Assembly: GCA_904063045.1 (NCBI GenBank)
Contig: CAJFCJ010000007.1
Coordinates: 1,208,510 to 1,272,509, forward strand
Length of the DNA: 64,000 bases
Direction of reading: 5' to 3'
Source of the DNA: Dimorphilus gyrociliatus
Lineage: Eukaryota; Animalia; Annelida
A program made the translations under genes and the position numbers. The notes under the pieces were generated by a model, which was given only the letters and a program-made list of their open reading frames with translations, had not been told where the DNA came from and did no database searches. Positions 39,135 through 52,100 of the stretch are shown here, in pieces. Position 1 is the stretch's first letter, and each line of letters opens with the position of its first letter.

Positions 39135-40002
39135 TGCTCCTTCTTATCTATATAGATTACAGTAATCCGGAATATGTACAAGAGCAAAGAGATGATTCCA
39201 GACTTGGCTTTATGTCATAAATTTTCGTTTTGGAAGAATCAGGAATATATAAGCAAACCACACTAGAACTCTAGTGGCCTTGACCGGAGTTTGTGTTGTG
39301 CACGGAAAACTCACTGCAACTGCAGCGAAGTGGGGAAGATGCAGCGCCATATTGATTTTGTCTTTCGGCGGGAAATTCAGTGTTTTAAATATCCGCATAA
39401 TTAATTATTGATATCTACTAAGTGCGTTATATAGCGAGTGTATTGTAACTGATCCATTAATATTTTAATTATTAATCAAAAAGTCAATTTAAAGAAACAT
39501 GATAATTAAAATAATTACATTCGGGAAATCTATTTTAAAAACCAAGTGTCATATAAATATATAAGATATAATTTAATGAATAATAGTTCATTTCAATAGT
39601 AATAACTAATAATCTCCTATAAAACTATACACTATAACTGCTTTCTAGTTGTTTACTCTGCTCATGATCATACTCTTATTAAGAAATAATAAACATTCAG
39701 TTTTTTAAGGCTTACCAAATGGATTTTTCTTTTTTAAAAGACCTTTATTCTTTTTAATTCTTTTCTTTAATTTCTTTCAAAGGTTATAAAGATTATCTTT
39801 CTTTATTCGTGAAAAATTCTTAGAAAATATACCATTTCATGGATTTTTCTATTGTAAAAATCGTCTGCTATGCCGCTTTTTTTGTTTATCGCTTAAAGTT
39901 AGTTTCGTAAAAAGTTTAATTGTAGAATTTTTAATTTTACTGTTGTTAATTGCATGTTAATTATTTTTCGAATTAATATTTTTATATTATGCGAAAAAAG
40001 CG

Positions 40003-40015
40003 GTTGCCTAGGAAC
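40003..40015 (+). promoter_or_regulatory. RFX X-box upstream of the dynein heavy chain gene
   Basis: GTTGCCTAGGAAC fits GTHNYY-N(0-3)-RRNAAC and lies 128 bp before the ATG of a ciliary-type gene; a forkhead-type TGTTTAC is at 39650-39656. Confidence 0.65.
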
Positions 40016-40142
40016 CCGCATTATGGGATAAGTTACAAAAATGTGTTCTTAGCGCGAATCATAATTTTGTGCCAAACTCTTTTGTTAGCTATCAAGTGCC
40101 AAATTTTATATTGAATGCGTAAAATAAGTGCCAATTTACAAG

Positions 40143-43100
40143 ATGGATGAGAGACATTGGTGGATTGCTAGTAAAATTCAGGAAAGTTTCCACATTGGTG
40201 GATTCGATAATCCTACTATGTTAGAAGATTTTCTGTGCCAACCAAAAACTTTGGAGACTATCAATGATTTCCTAAGGGCTGGTGGAGAGACAACTCTAAT
40301 ATTCTACTGCGAAAAGCCAGTGTCAGGAACAAGAACAACCAGAGAACTTAACCTTGCCACCAGCCTAGAAGATATCATTCAAGTTCCAATGAATGAAACA
40401 AATATTATTTATTTTCTAAGAAGTAGAACAGATAATGATGTAGATATGAGCTATATGCAAAAAGATATATTTTGTGGAGAGATTAAGGGAAGCATACTAG
40501 AAACTTTAAATTACTCGATGGGAGAATTATTTCTTCCATTATTAAAAGAGAAAAAGGATTGGAGCGATTGTTCTAACGACAACAAATCAGTTCTTTTTCA
40601 CAACTTAGATAGAGTTATGGGCATAATTCGAGACAGTTCGGTACATTCTCAAACTACAAAGCAAATGGTAAATAGTTAAACACTTTAAACACACAAGTCA
40701 ATTGATTATAGTTATTGTTGTTATATATCTTTGTATATCATATAGGTTTTAAAACGACCTGAAAATATAGAAACGACGGACTTTAAACAGCAGAGAACCA
40801 TTGCTCAAGATAGTAATGCTGTTGCTAGTTACGAGGCCTTATTAGCCGAATGGATAGCCACAAGTGAAGCTGTATTGTCTGACGCTAGAGTTGATAAGTA
40901 AATACTTTGGTTTTACTCTTAATTAATCAAATTATTTTGAAATACTTTTTCATTGATAACCTAGGCATTTTGACCCAACTTCCGGTCCTCTAGCTGAATT
41001 AGAAAGATGGCAAAGACGACAAAGACTTGTAGGAAGTATAACGGAACAGTTAAAAAGTAAAGAATGTAAATCAGTTCTTAGTGTTCTGATTGCTGCCAAA
41101 TCCAGAATGTTGAAGAAATGGAAGCAAATTGACGCCGCGTGAGTATTTATTAAATTAATATATATAGAATATATAGTATAATATTTCATCGCCAACTATT
41201 ATAGGGTTACGGACGCCGTTAATGAAACTAAAGATAAAGTAAGATTTCTCGAATCTCTAAGAAAACATCTAGAAGGATTCTATGCGGACAGTACACCTTA
41301 TTCACTAATGACAAATGTTCTACCCGCTCTCTTGACAACCTTAAAGCAAATGGAATCCGTTTCTAGGCATTATGCTAGAACCGGATATCTAGGCCTACTC
41401 TTGAGCAAAGTAATTTCCGATTAAGAAGATTTAATTGACTTTTTTCCTTACCAAATGAAATTTGAAATTCTTTTCTAGATAACGAATCAAATTGTTACAA
41501 TATGCAAGAATTACATCAGTGATTGGACCATGACAGATGATGTAGATTGTTTCTGGAAAGTTATAGAGAAAGAGATATTCGGAACGAATCAAGCAATTCC
41601 GGAGGATGTTAGACAGCTTATAAGTGAATACGGTGAAAATTTAGAACCATCGGAAAAAAAAGTATATTAAAAGTTAATATTTAATCATTTAATCTATAGA
41701 TTTGTTATTCCTCTTTATTTAGATAACTAAAAAGGAAAAACAGTCGAGGACAAAGGAGACTAACGGGGAAAAAAAAGGATTTTTAGTTAGATTGGCTATC
41801 TGCTTTCAATTGCAAAGATATTATAGAGATTTTCTGCAAAAAATTCCGCAGGCTATAAATTATACTGCTGCGCCTATGTCAAATTATACATCAATGTCCA
41901 GTTTAGCTATGAACTCGGCCACAGGGTACAAGCAGTTTTCATATATCTTTTCGTTTGTCAGCTGCTATTTATTTGTTAATAATTTATTTCCGCTTTTAGA
42001 AAATCAAGGCCTAGTGCTTCTGATGCAAAAACTGGCCAGAGGAGTAGTGTAACAACATCACCTAATAAGCGAAATGTATTACTTGCTGATCCTAACGGCA
42101 TAAATATACAGGATGAGCAAAATATTCTTGCTCATCTTGACTTTTTCTGTATGAGATTGCGTAAAGTTTATGATTTAACGGGAACATTGTCCCAATTCCA
42201 TAGGTATACAAAACAATTAATCTTTGTTTCATTTCAATATACAATAATTTGTAGGCTGAGAATTTCATCTATGGGTTTACCTAAACCGTCTATGGACGAG
42301 GTAGTTATTGATGAGAAAGGAAACGAAAAAGAATACGATAGATACAGACAAGGAGGAGCGGATATTGTGACAATTGATGATATTACTATACCATCAAATC
42401 CGGCAAATTCTTTAAAAGCGATAGTAGAAGACGACGATGAAAAAGAAGAGGGCGAGAATTCTCAAGGAAACGAGGCTGACGAATATTATGATGCCCTTCG
42501 TCGTCAATCACCCACTCGGCTAACTCTAAATGAAGCCGATTTACTACGTTAGTTCTTAAATGAGGAGAAATATGTTATCCTTACATTTATCTTCGTTTGT
42601 AGATGAGTTCTATCCGCCAACTAAAGATTTAAAGTTATGCGACAGTTTCAACGATGTCATAAATAACCAATTTAGCAAGATAGCCAAGCAATTAGCTGAT
42701 TGTCTAAGCACACGAATTATTTTCGATTTACAGAGCAAAGTAAATGTTTCTCCTAATCACTATTGATTATAATATAAACTAATTTTGTCTCTTCTACTCT
42801 TATTTTGTAAAAGGATAAAGATAGATTTGAATCGGCCTACTCCGAATTTAATTTTAATATAGAAAAGTTAGAGCTTCTCCTTTCGGCTTATCTTAAAGCA
42901 ATATTTATGAGGAAGATGGAAACTAGGGAAGCATTACAACTATTGTCAAAGTAAGATATATTTTTTCTAGAAGAGAGAGAGAGAGAGGGGGAGAGAGAAT
43001 AACGATTATATATTTAATTTTTATGCTTTTTGTAGATTTGAGTCTGTTCAAGATCGAATAAGTACCAGACTAGTTATATCGGATAAATATTCCCAGGTTT

Positions 43101-46100
43101 TATCATGGTACGAAGATGATGTGGATAGAATTGGAGAAATATATGAAGCAGAAAAATCAAAACCACCCATTGTTAGAAATGTTCCTCCCATTGCTGGAGC
43201 TGTCAGCTGGGTTAGACAGCTGCTTAATAGAATTGAACAGCCTATGAATATTTTAAGTTCAAAAAGTGCTGTTAGTCAATTAAGAGAATTTAGGAGGATA
43301 ATCAGGTCCTACAACAGATTAGCAGAAACTCTAGTAACTTTTGAAAGTTTATGGCTGCAGCGTCTAAAGCGTGACGTTGAAGTCGCTAGACGTCTTATAT
43401 CTTCTCCATTATATAAAGTTGAAGATGGAGAAGTTGCTGTTAACCTTGATCAAACTCTCTTTCAAACAATGCAGGAAGTTAGATGCCTGAAAAGACTCAA
43501 GATACCTTTAACTGATCAGAGTAAAAACCTTTTAGAGTATGAAGAACGATTTAAGTATTATAGAGATCAGCTTGAATTATGCATATCAGACTTTAATGCA
43601 GTTAAGAGTCTTATCCCGGATCATTTATTAGGACTATTTACGCCTCATATTGATGAATGTAAAGCATCATTCCAACCAGGTTTCGCAACAGTTACCTGGA
43701 CTAGTATGAATATCGATGCTTTTCTACATCAAACTCATAGGGCTATAGAAAAATTAAAGGCCCTGTGTAAAAAAGTTCAGGATATAATGGATCTAAAAGT
43801 GGGCGGAGCCATGCAAACAATTCAACAAATGGTTCTATTCGATTATAAATTAGCGTTTGACAGGTAAAATATTTAAATTAAACACTTTTTATCTATTTAT
43901 TCTTTACTAATTTTTCCTTGTTTTCAAGGTGTTGGCCACCAAATGAATTTACAGCTGCTATTGTAAGTTCTATACAATCTAAGGGACAAAGGTAAACAAT
44001 TTTAATAAAAAGAACATTCACTGTTTATTAAATCTATAATAATAAAAAAAACATATTTATGCAGATTACACGATTTAGTTACGACAATGGAAACTGGAAT
44101 AAAAGAATGCGCAAATCTATTAACAAAGAGTAAAGTATGTATAACTTTTTTTATATCTGTTTTTTTTTACTTTGAAAGATAAATTGATAAAGGAAGATAC
44201 TTTAAACATGAACTAAAATTAATATAGCTTTCTTTTGGAATCAATAACATTCCTCTATATATTATTATTAAAAAAATATTAGCCTTGACATTGAAATGGC
44301 TTAATCAGCAATTAATTCGTTTTTTTTTACCCTTATGCTGTTTCTTGCATTGTTCCCTATCACTAATAAATCACCTAATATATAATAAACAATCCCATTC
44401 CCTATTTACTTTTCGTACCCCACTTCTCCGAAACTACTACTTTTAAAAAACAAATATCTCATTCATTTTAAATAGTTTTGAACCATATTCTATTAATATT
44501 CACTATTTATACATGGACAATCAGGGTCACACATTCTATACTCTCTTTGCAACATTGAAAGCACTTAAAAAATGGCGTCAACGAATCGTTATTAAACGAA
44601 AACCGGTAATTAGGATGATGGTGTACCGTCTATCTTATTAAAAAATTATTTGAAGAAGATATTTTATTATTTAATTTTATTTTTTTAAAAAAAAAAAAAA
44701 GAAACAAAAAAATATCATTTCTCTATTTTGTTTTCTTTTTGTTTGTCAAAAACTTTTATCCTATTTTTACTTTTTTTGTTATTGTTTTTTTCTTTTTTTG
44801 TTTCAGTTTTTGGCTTTTTTGTGGTTTTTTAATTTATAATCTTAAAAAAAGAAAAAAACAAACAAAACAAACAAAAATATCAATTACACAAGTGTGATAA
44901 AACAAACTACTTAACACAACTTTAGTTGTTTTTTTTTTTTTTTTGTTGAGAATTTTTATTAATACGTTTTATTGTTCTATCTATTCTTAATATTGATAAT
45001 TTGAAAAATGTTAATTGTTTATTAATATCAAAACACAGCCTAATACTGCAAGAAGTACATCTTCTCATCAATCTAGCGGTGATATACCATTTTCTGTACA
45101 AAAACAAACTAAAGCTGATCAAGCGGCAGAAGAATTATTAAGTAAAAATAATCAAATATATAGTAATTATTGTAAAAGTTCATAGTAATTTTAATAATGA
45201 ATTATTTACAGATTCGTATGTTGAAGAATTATATATAGTCGTTGAAAAAGCGATATTGAGATCGTTACTTATACTGGCCGAATCATCTGGTTGTGATCCA
45301 GATGTACTTAGATCTGAAACACCCGATTCGTTTGACTCACCGTTATCTAGTCGAATATTACGGGCTCAAAGCGCAAGAAGCTGTAGTAGACCTACATCGG
45401 TTTTATCAGTTCTCTCGAATATGACTTGGACTACAGAAGAAGCCGCAAACGTAACTTATTTGCGGTTTAATGTGTCCCTTAACTTCAATATTCCCACAAT
45501 ATCTATTGAGCCTAGATTGGAATATATTCAATCGAGTCTGATAACCGTTGCTCGGGCTATAGTTAATGTAGCTTCGGGTATAGTCTGGTTAGGAGGAGAC
45601 ATGTTGGGAGAGAGGTTGCTCAGACGTCTACAAAATGACAGTTGTGTCTCAAAGATATTGGCTCATTTAGGAGGTGTTATGGGCCATTTAGAACCCACTG
45701 TCCAACAGCATATTCAGCATTTGCAAATGCATGAATTTTTATGGAAAGACGACATGGTCGGCAATTACAATGAGTTTGTGTCATTCGATCCAGGAGATGA
45801 AGCAATGAAAAGAGAGGTCGAAAGACTATTACGTATTGAGAATCAGGTATTATCTATCCCAGAGAGATTGCCAGTTGGTTGTGTCCTACTCTCCACTAAT
45901 CCAGTCAGGGATGCTCTCCACGGATTTGCAATGACTTGGAAACAAAAATATGCATCTGCCCTTCATGAACAAGCGAAGGTAATTTAATTTCTACACTTGT
46001 CTGCCCTTTAAGCAAAAAATTTTATTATTCTATTAGACAAAACTGGATGAAGCCTTGCTCTATAGAAACAATGTTAGGAGAAGATTAGATGTAGAGGTCA

Positions 46101-49100
46101 TTAATCTAGATCAGTTGAATACCACCCTCTGTCTACTAGAAGAGCTGAGAGATATGGAAAATAAAATAGACGCTATTTATCGACCAATAGAAAAGATGTA
46201 TACTCAACTACAGTAAGTCAAAATTTAAGCTTTCAATTTAGAAAGGTATTAATGCATTTAAACTGTTCACCTTAAGGGAGTTCAACTTAAGATTACCAAG
46301 GAGAGAAATTGACGATCTAACATCCCTTCGCTCTGAATGGAGCGACTTGCTAAATTTAGCTGAAGAAGTTAGAAATCGTTTACTAAAAGAGAGACGAAAC
46401 AACTTTGAACAAGAACTTGACAAACAAGTCAAAGTAAGTTTTAAAAAGAGAACAACAAACATTTACAAATAAGTTTTCAATTAATTAATAAATATTTTTT
46501 ACCTTTTGTAGAATTTTGTTGTTGAAGTAATGCAATTTCGAAATGCTTTTGATGCACAAGGACCGGCTGTTCCTGGAATATCTCCAATGGTGGCAGTTAA
46601 TCGACTAAAGGATTTCCAAAATCGATATGCCCTCTACGAGACGAAAAGAAAAACTTTAGATTCTGTATCGAAATTATTTGGCATACCTTGCAAACCGTTC
46701 GAAGAGTTAGACAGAACGGGTGAAGAATTAAATCTTCTTGGTATGCTGTATGGGCTCTTTCAAAAGTTTATAAAGTTTGACGAAGAATTTCGGGATACAC
46801 TATGGGCTGATGTTGATTTAAAAGGGGCCTACTCGACTGTTGAAGAGTATTGGGACGAATGCCTCGCCCTTCCAAGTAAATTAAAGGATTGGGACGCCTA
46901 TCACGAAATGAAAACTGCTATTAACAATTATTTAAATATTCTCCCGCTTCTTCAACGGTTAGCCACAAGAGAAATCCGTAATAGACATTGGCTTCAGGTC
47001 ATGCAAGTGACTGGTTCCGCTTTTCAATTGGAAGCAAATGTTTTCAAATTATGCCATCTTTTAGATATTAATTTAATTAATCATTCGGATGCCATTGAGG
47101 AAATTTGTTACAATGCCGCCCACGAACAGCAGTTGGAAATTAGATTAAAACAAACTGAGGACGAATGGACTGATCAAGTTTTAATTTTCACTCATTATAA
47201 GAAACGCGGGAATATATATTTAGATAAGAAACATACAGAAAGATTGTTAGAACAACTTGATGATAGCAAAGCTATGCTTGCTAATATGCTTACCTCTCGC
47301 CATGTTGGTCCTATGAGAGATGAAGCCGCAAATTGGGCTGAGAAATTAAAGCAGGTATCTCTTGTTTTAGAAGAATGGCTTGCTACTCAGGATCTTTGGC
47401 AATACTTGGAAGCCGTTTTCAGTCAAGAAAAAGCTGCTAAAGAATTACCGCAAGAAGTTAAAAGATTCACAAGAATAGATAAGGGATGGACAAAAATGAT
47501 GAAGAGAGCCGCCGAAACTCGTAGCGTTTTGCAATGCTGCTACGGTGACGATGTTCCCAAAGCAGCAGTTCTCCGTAACATTCACGAAGAATTAGAAATA
47601 TGCTTCAAATCTCTAACGAATTACTTAAATGCCAAGCGTCAAATTTTCCCAAGATTCTTTTTCGTTAGTGACTCAGTATTGCTTGCTATATTATCCAAAC
47701 CCAATGACCTTGAGTCGGCTCGACCACATCTGAAGTCGATATTCTCTGGTATTAACAACATACTTGTAGAACAAGTGAAGGAAACGGAAAAAGATAGAAG
47801 ATCCTCCATGACGGAGCGCTCGAATAGTAGACTTTCAACTTCTCCATATTTAATGACCCATTCAGAAACTCCCCCAAAAATTGATAAACGATTGCACACC
47901 TTACATACAGCTAGTCATACTTCAACAGCAAACGTTCCTACTGCTCTACCATCCGAATTAATGGCAGATGAGATTGTCAATTACGAAGCAGTCGCCGTGA
48001 CAAGTATAGATGGGGAACATCTTAGATTAAGAGACAGAGTGCAACTTGCAGAAGGTGTTGAAGTATGGTTAAACGGAGTCGAAAAATCTTGCTCTAGTCT
48101 CATCAGGCAGTTACTAATAGATATCTGCGAAGATGCCCTAAGTGAAGGTTCATGTGCTGATTGGGCTTATAAGTATCCCGTACAAGTCTGTAAAGCAGGT
48201 TTACATTACTTATGGACTTTAAATTGTGAGAAAAGTATCACTGATATGAAAATTGACAGAAAATCATTGGCAAATGGTACTAAAAAGTTTGCTTCATTAG
48301 TTTCGAAAATACCATCAACTTTAATTAGAGGTTTTTGGAGGAATTACGGTAATGAGCCAATTCGAGTAGTACATAGAAGAAGATTGGAAGCTCTTTGTTC
48401 TCAAGCACTCTTTTTGAAAGATATGTTTGATGAAATAGCTCGAAGAAAGATTCGTGACATTACCGATTTTGATTGGCGTAGGACCGTACGATTTTACCTC
48501 TCTTATACAGATGTAGAACAGCGTTCTCCATCCGTTCATATTCTAGATGACCGACTAATCTACGGTTGTGAATTTTATGGCTGTGAGTCGTTTGTTGGTC
48601 TATCTCCTGCGACAGATAAAGCATTTTTCAACATGTCGCAGGCCCTTAGTCGCTATAAAGGGTCTCTATTATGCGGTGGACCATCATACGGTAAAACGGA
48701 TACTGTCAGGGGTTTTGCACAAATTACCGCAAACTTTCTTGCAATGTTTCAACTGAGCAATAAAACAAGTACAGCAGCTTTTTGTAGAGTTTTAAGAGGC
48801 TTAGCAGTTTGTGGCTGTTGGGGTTTAATTGAAGATATACAGTCCGCTTCACCAGGAATTGTCAACGTACTTCTTGATCATGTCTCAAGTATTCAAAGGG
48901 CATTAAAAACTGCTGCAAATTGCTGTAATTTAGGAGATGGACAAGAAGTATCTTTAAAGCCAGGCACTGCTTTCTTTCTAACCTATTCTACAGTCGAAAC
49001 TCCTTTCGATTCACGAGTACCAAATCAATTAAGACCCTACTTTAGGACAATTAGTATGCTAAAACCAGATCCTATAGTTGTGCTAAAGGCAAAGGCATCA

Positions 49101-52100
49101 GCTTATGGATTAAAGTCACCGTCTATATTAGCCCAGAGATTATCCTATTTCAACGATATATGTTCCGAACAGTTGTAAGCCTTTTACTAATTATATTACA
49201 CCTTAGCGTGTGTTATAATTTCGATTCTTTTTCAGTCCCGATGAACCTCAGAGTCGTTTGAGCTTGTCTGCGCTTATATCAGTTCTACAGTGCGCTGGTC
49301 AACGCTTACAAACTCTTAGATTGGAAAAGGAACGCTCAACGGATGATATGAAGAGTGCAAGATTGGATATGGGTTCAAGATCAAATTCTCAATTATCAAA
49401 TCCAAATCAGCAAGGTTCGTTTAGAGTTCCGATCCCTCCTGGTAATACTCCTCGTTCCGTATCCGCTACTAATCTAACGAGTATTTCGAACGTGTTTGAG
49501 GAAACTTACGACACGATAAAAGTAGTTGAGGATCAATATAAACCTAAACTCTCCAAACCAATTAGACAGGCGTTAACCTTTATTAATTTGCCGAAGCACC
49601 TAAAAATTCTAGGATACTCGAATCAGTTTTTTGAATTTCAACCTAGGGAACCACCGAAGAGAAAAATACCGCCCCCTTTTGAGTGCGAATGGTCAAAAAC
49701 AGAAAATAGATACTATTTAAAGCCAATTTACAAACCTATTTATCTTTCTCAGAGTTTGTTATAGAAAATATTAAGACCTAATAATCTCTAATCTTATCAT
49801 TTCTTTAGTGTAGTTAATGTGGTTAATAATTTTTTTCTCTCATCAGAATCATCTCTAAAAACAACACAACCAAGTCAGTTAACCATAAATCAGGGAAGAC
49901 CAGGGGCAGCCCTTTCAGAAAAGAGGAGAAGTACTCCTAATTCTCTTACGCAGGCTGCCAAAGCAGATCATGCTCTTGTCGGTCAATGTATGAACGAATT
50001 AATAGTTGGAAAATATTCACCGGAGCACGCAGGGGTTGTTTCGTTTTTGATAAAAGATATATTTAGCGGTCTACCGGAACCACCTAAAAATATTCCAATG
50101 AATTCAGCAGGTGAGCCTATTGTGAAAGCAGTTGAAAGTGTTTTAAGAGAGGAAGGAAAAGTTGCTTCTGGTATCTTCTTGGATAAGTGCATTAAATTTT
50201 ATCAAATTTCCTGTGTTCAACAAGGCATAATTGTTTGTGGATCGGCGGGTAATGGTAAATCCACAGTCATATCCTCTGTTATAAACGCACTTTCCCAAAC
50301 TAAACCTGATGGAGATTCAGTTGATACCAGTCATAAATTCATTCAGCTATATCCATTAGTTACAGACCAGTTACAACTGATACTGGGCTCGTTAAATAAG
50401 GATGGAGAATGGGTTGATGGAGTCTTAACGAACACTTGGAAGAAAATAAACCGTAATCAATCAACTACATGGTTATGCTTGGATGGGCCAATAAGATCAA
50501 ATTGGGCAGGAATTTTTAATACTGTTCTAGATAGTACACAAAGGATGACTCTACCAACTGGAGATGAACTTTTTATGTCATCAAACGTTCGAGTAATATT
50601 TGAAACGGATGATCTGTCCAATGCTGCTCCCGCTATTGTTTCCAAGTGTGGTATAGTTTACGTAGACCATGCAGCAGTTGGTTGGAAACCTTTAGCTAAA
50701 GCCTGGCTTGAAAACAGGTCTCCTCAAGAATCGACTGTTTTATCGAAGGCTTTCAACAAGACTGTCGATCCTGTCTGTAATTTCATTTGTAATGACTGTA
50801 AACCTCCCATTAGATTAACCGATTCGGGTATGTTTGCAACAACCTTACATCTACTCTCTGCAATGCTGGCAGATAATATAGAAATTGGCGGTGACTTACA
50901 TATTGAAAGATTATTCATATTCTGCCTTATGTGGTCATTTGGAACGTTCCTCGATCAAAAAGAACGTAAGCAGTTCTCCGAACTATTAACGACCTTAACA
51001 ACGTCACTTCCGGATGATGATAGAGATATCTGCGTTTTCGACTATTACGTAGATGACAGCGGTGAATGGGATCCTTGGACTGCCAGAGTACCGGAAGTAG
51101 CTCCATTAGACCATGTAAATTTACTACAAGAACCTTTTATAGACACTATTGGAACTATACAAACTCGAATGCTTCTTGATTTTGCTGCTCAAAATGGTCA
51201 GAATGTTCTCCTAATTGGACCTCCAGGCTGTGGCAAGAGTACAATGATGGACGATTATCAATCAGCACTTGAATCAGCTAAAAGTATTAATAAAAGAATC
51301 GTCTTTTCTGGCTCATCAACAGCTTATCAATTCCAACAATTTATCGAATCAAATATTACACATAGGCAAGGATTTGTATATGGTGCAAAAGATAATAAGT
51401 TATTTAAACTGTTTATCGACGACATCAATCTACCGCGCCCGGATGAATATGGCGTTGTTCGTCTCTCAGAGTTAACAAGACAAATTGTCGACTCAAAACT
51501 CATGATTACTCAAACTTCCCCGTTTGAATGGAGGACCGTGGAAGGTTTAAGTGTGCTGGCAACGATGAAAATATCTAAACAGCCATCGTTCAAAAATAAA
51601 CCCCTTGACTCTCGTCTAATGCGTCACTTTTGTGTACTTAACTTTCCAGACATGGGTGATGAAGCGTTAAAAACTATCTTCAGAGGAGTATTAGAATGCG
51701 TTATGCTTCAAAATGATAAGCCTGGTCTTGATATCGAAGTTTACGACAGGATTGTTCAAGGTTAGTTAATTTTTAAGTATTCTTTTATATTGCTCTAAAA
51801 CTGTAAACTTTTCAGCTTCTTTAACAATTTACAATGAAGTAAGCAGTGTACTAAGACCATCTTCACAGCCTGGAAGAAACCATTATCTCTTTACGCTAAA
51901 GACCATGACAGCAATATTCTCCAGTCTGAAGAAAATGGCTGATGAAAGTAGGGAGGACGAATTATTCATTGTTAGCCTATGGAGGCACGAAACAGAAAGG
52001 ATTATAAAAGATAGTTTAGCTCGATTTTCTGATATAAATTGGTTTGATGAAGTTTTGAGCAGAGTTTTTAGCGAAGTTTGGACGGAATTAAAAGAAGAAG

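Noticed and set aside
44476-44610. 43-codon open stretch with AG/GT ends inside the long dynein intron (FEPYSINIHYLYMDNQGHTFY..RKP)
   Set aside because: It would enter in phase 2 while the upstream exon ends in phase 0; 44134 splices directly in frame to 45039; no dynein similarity recognised
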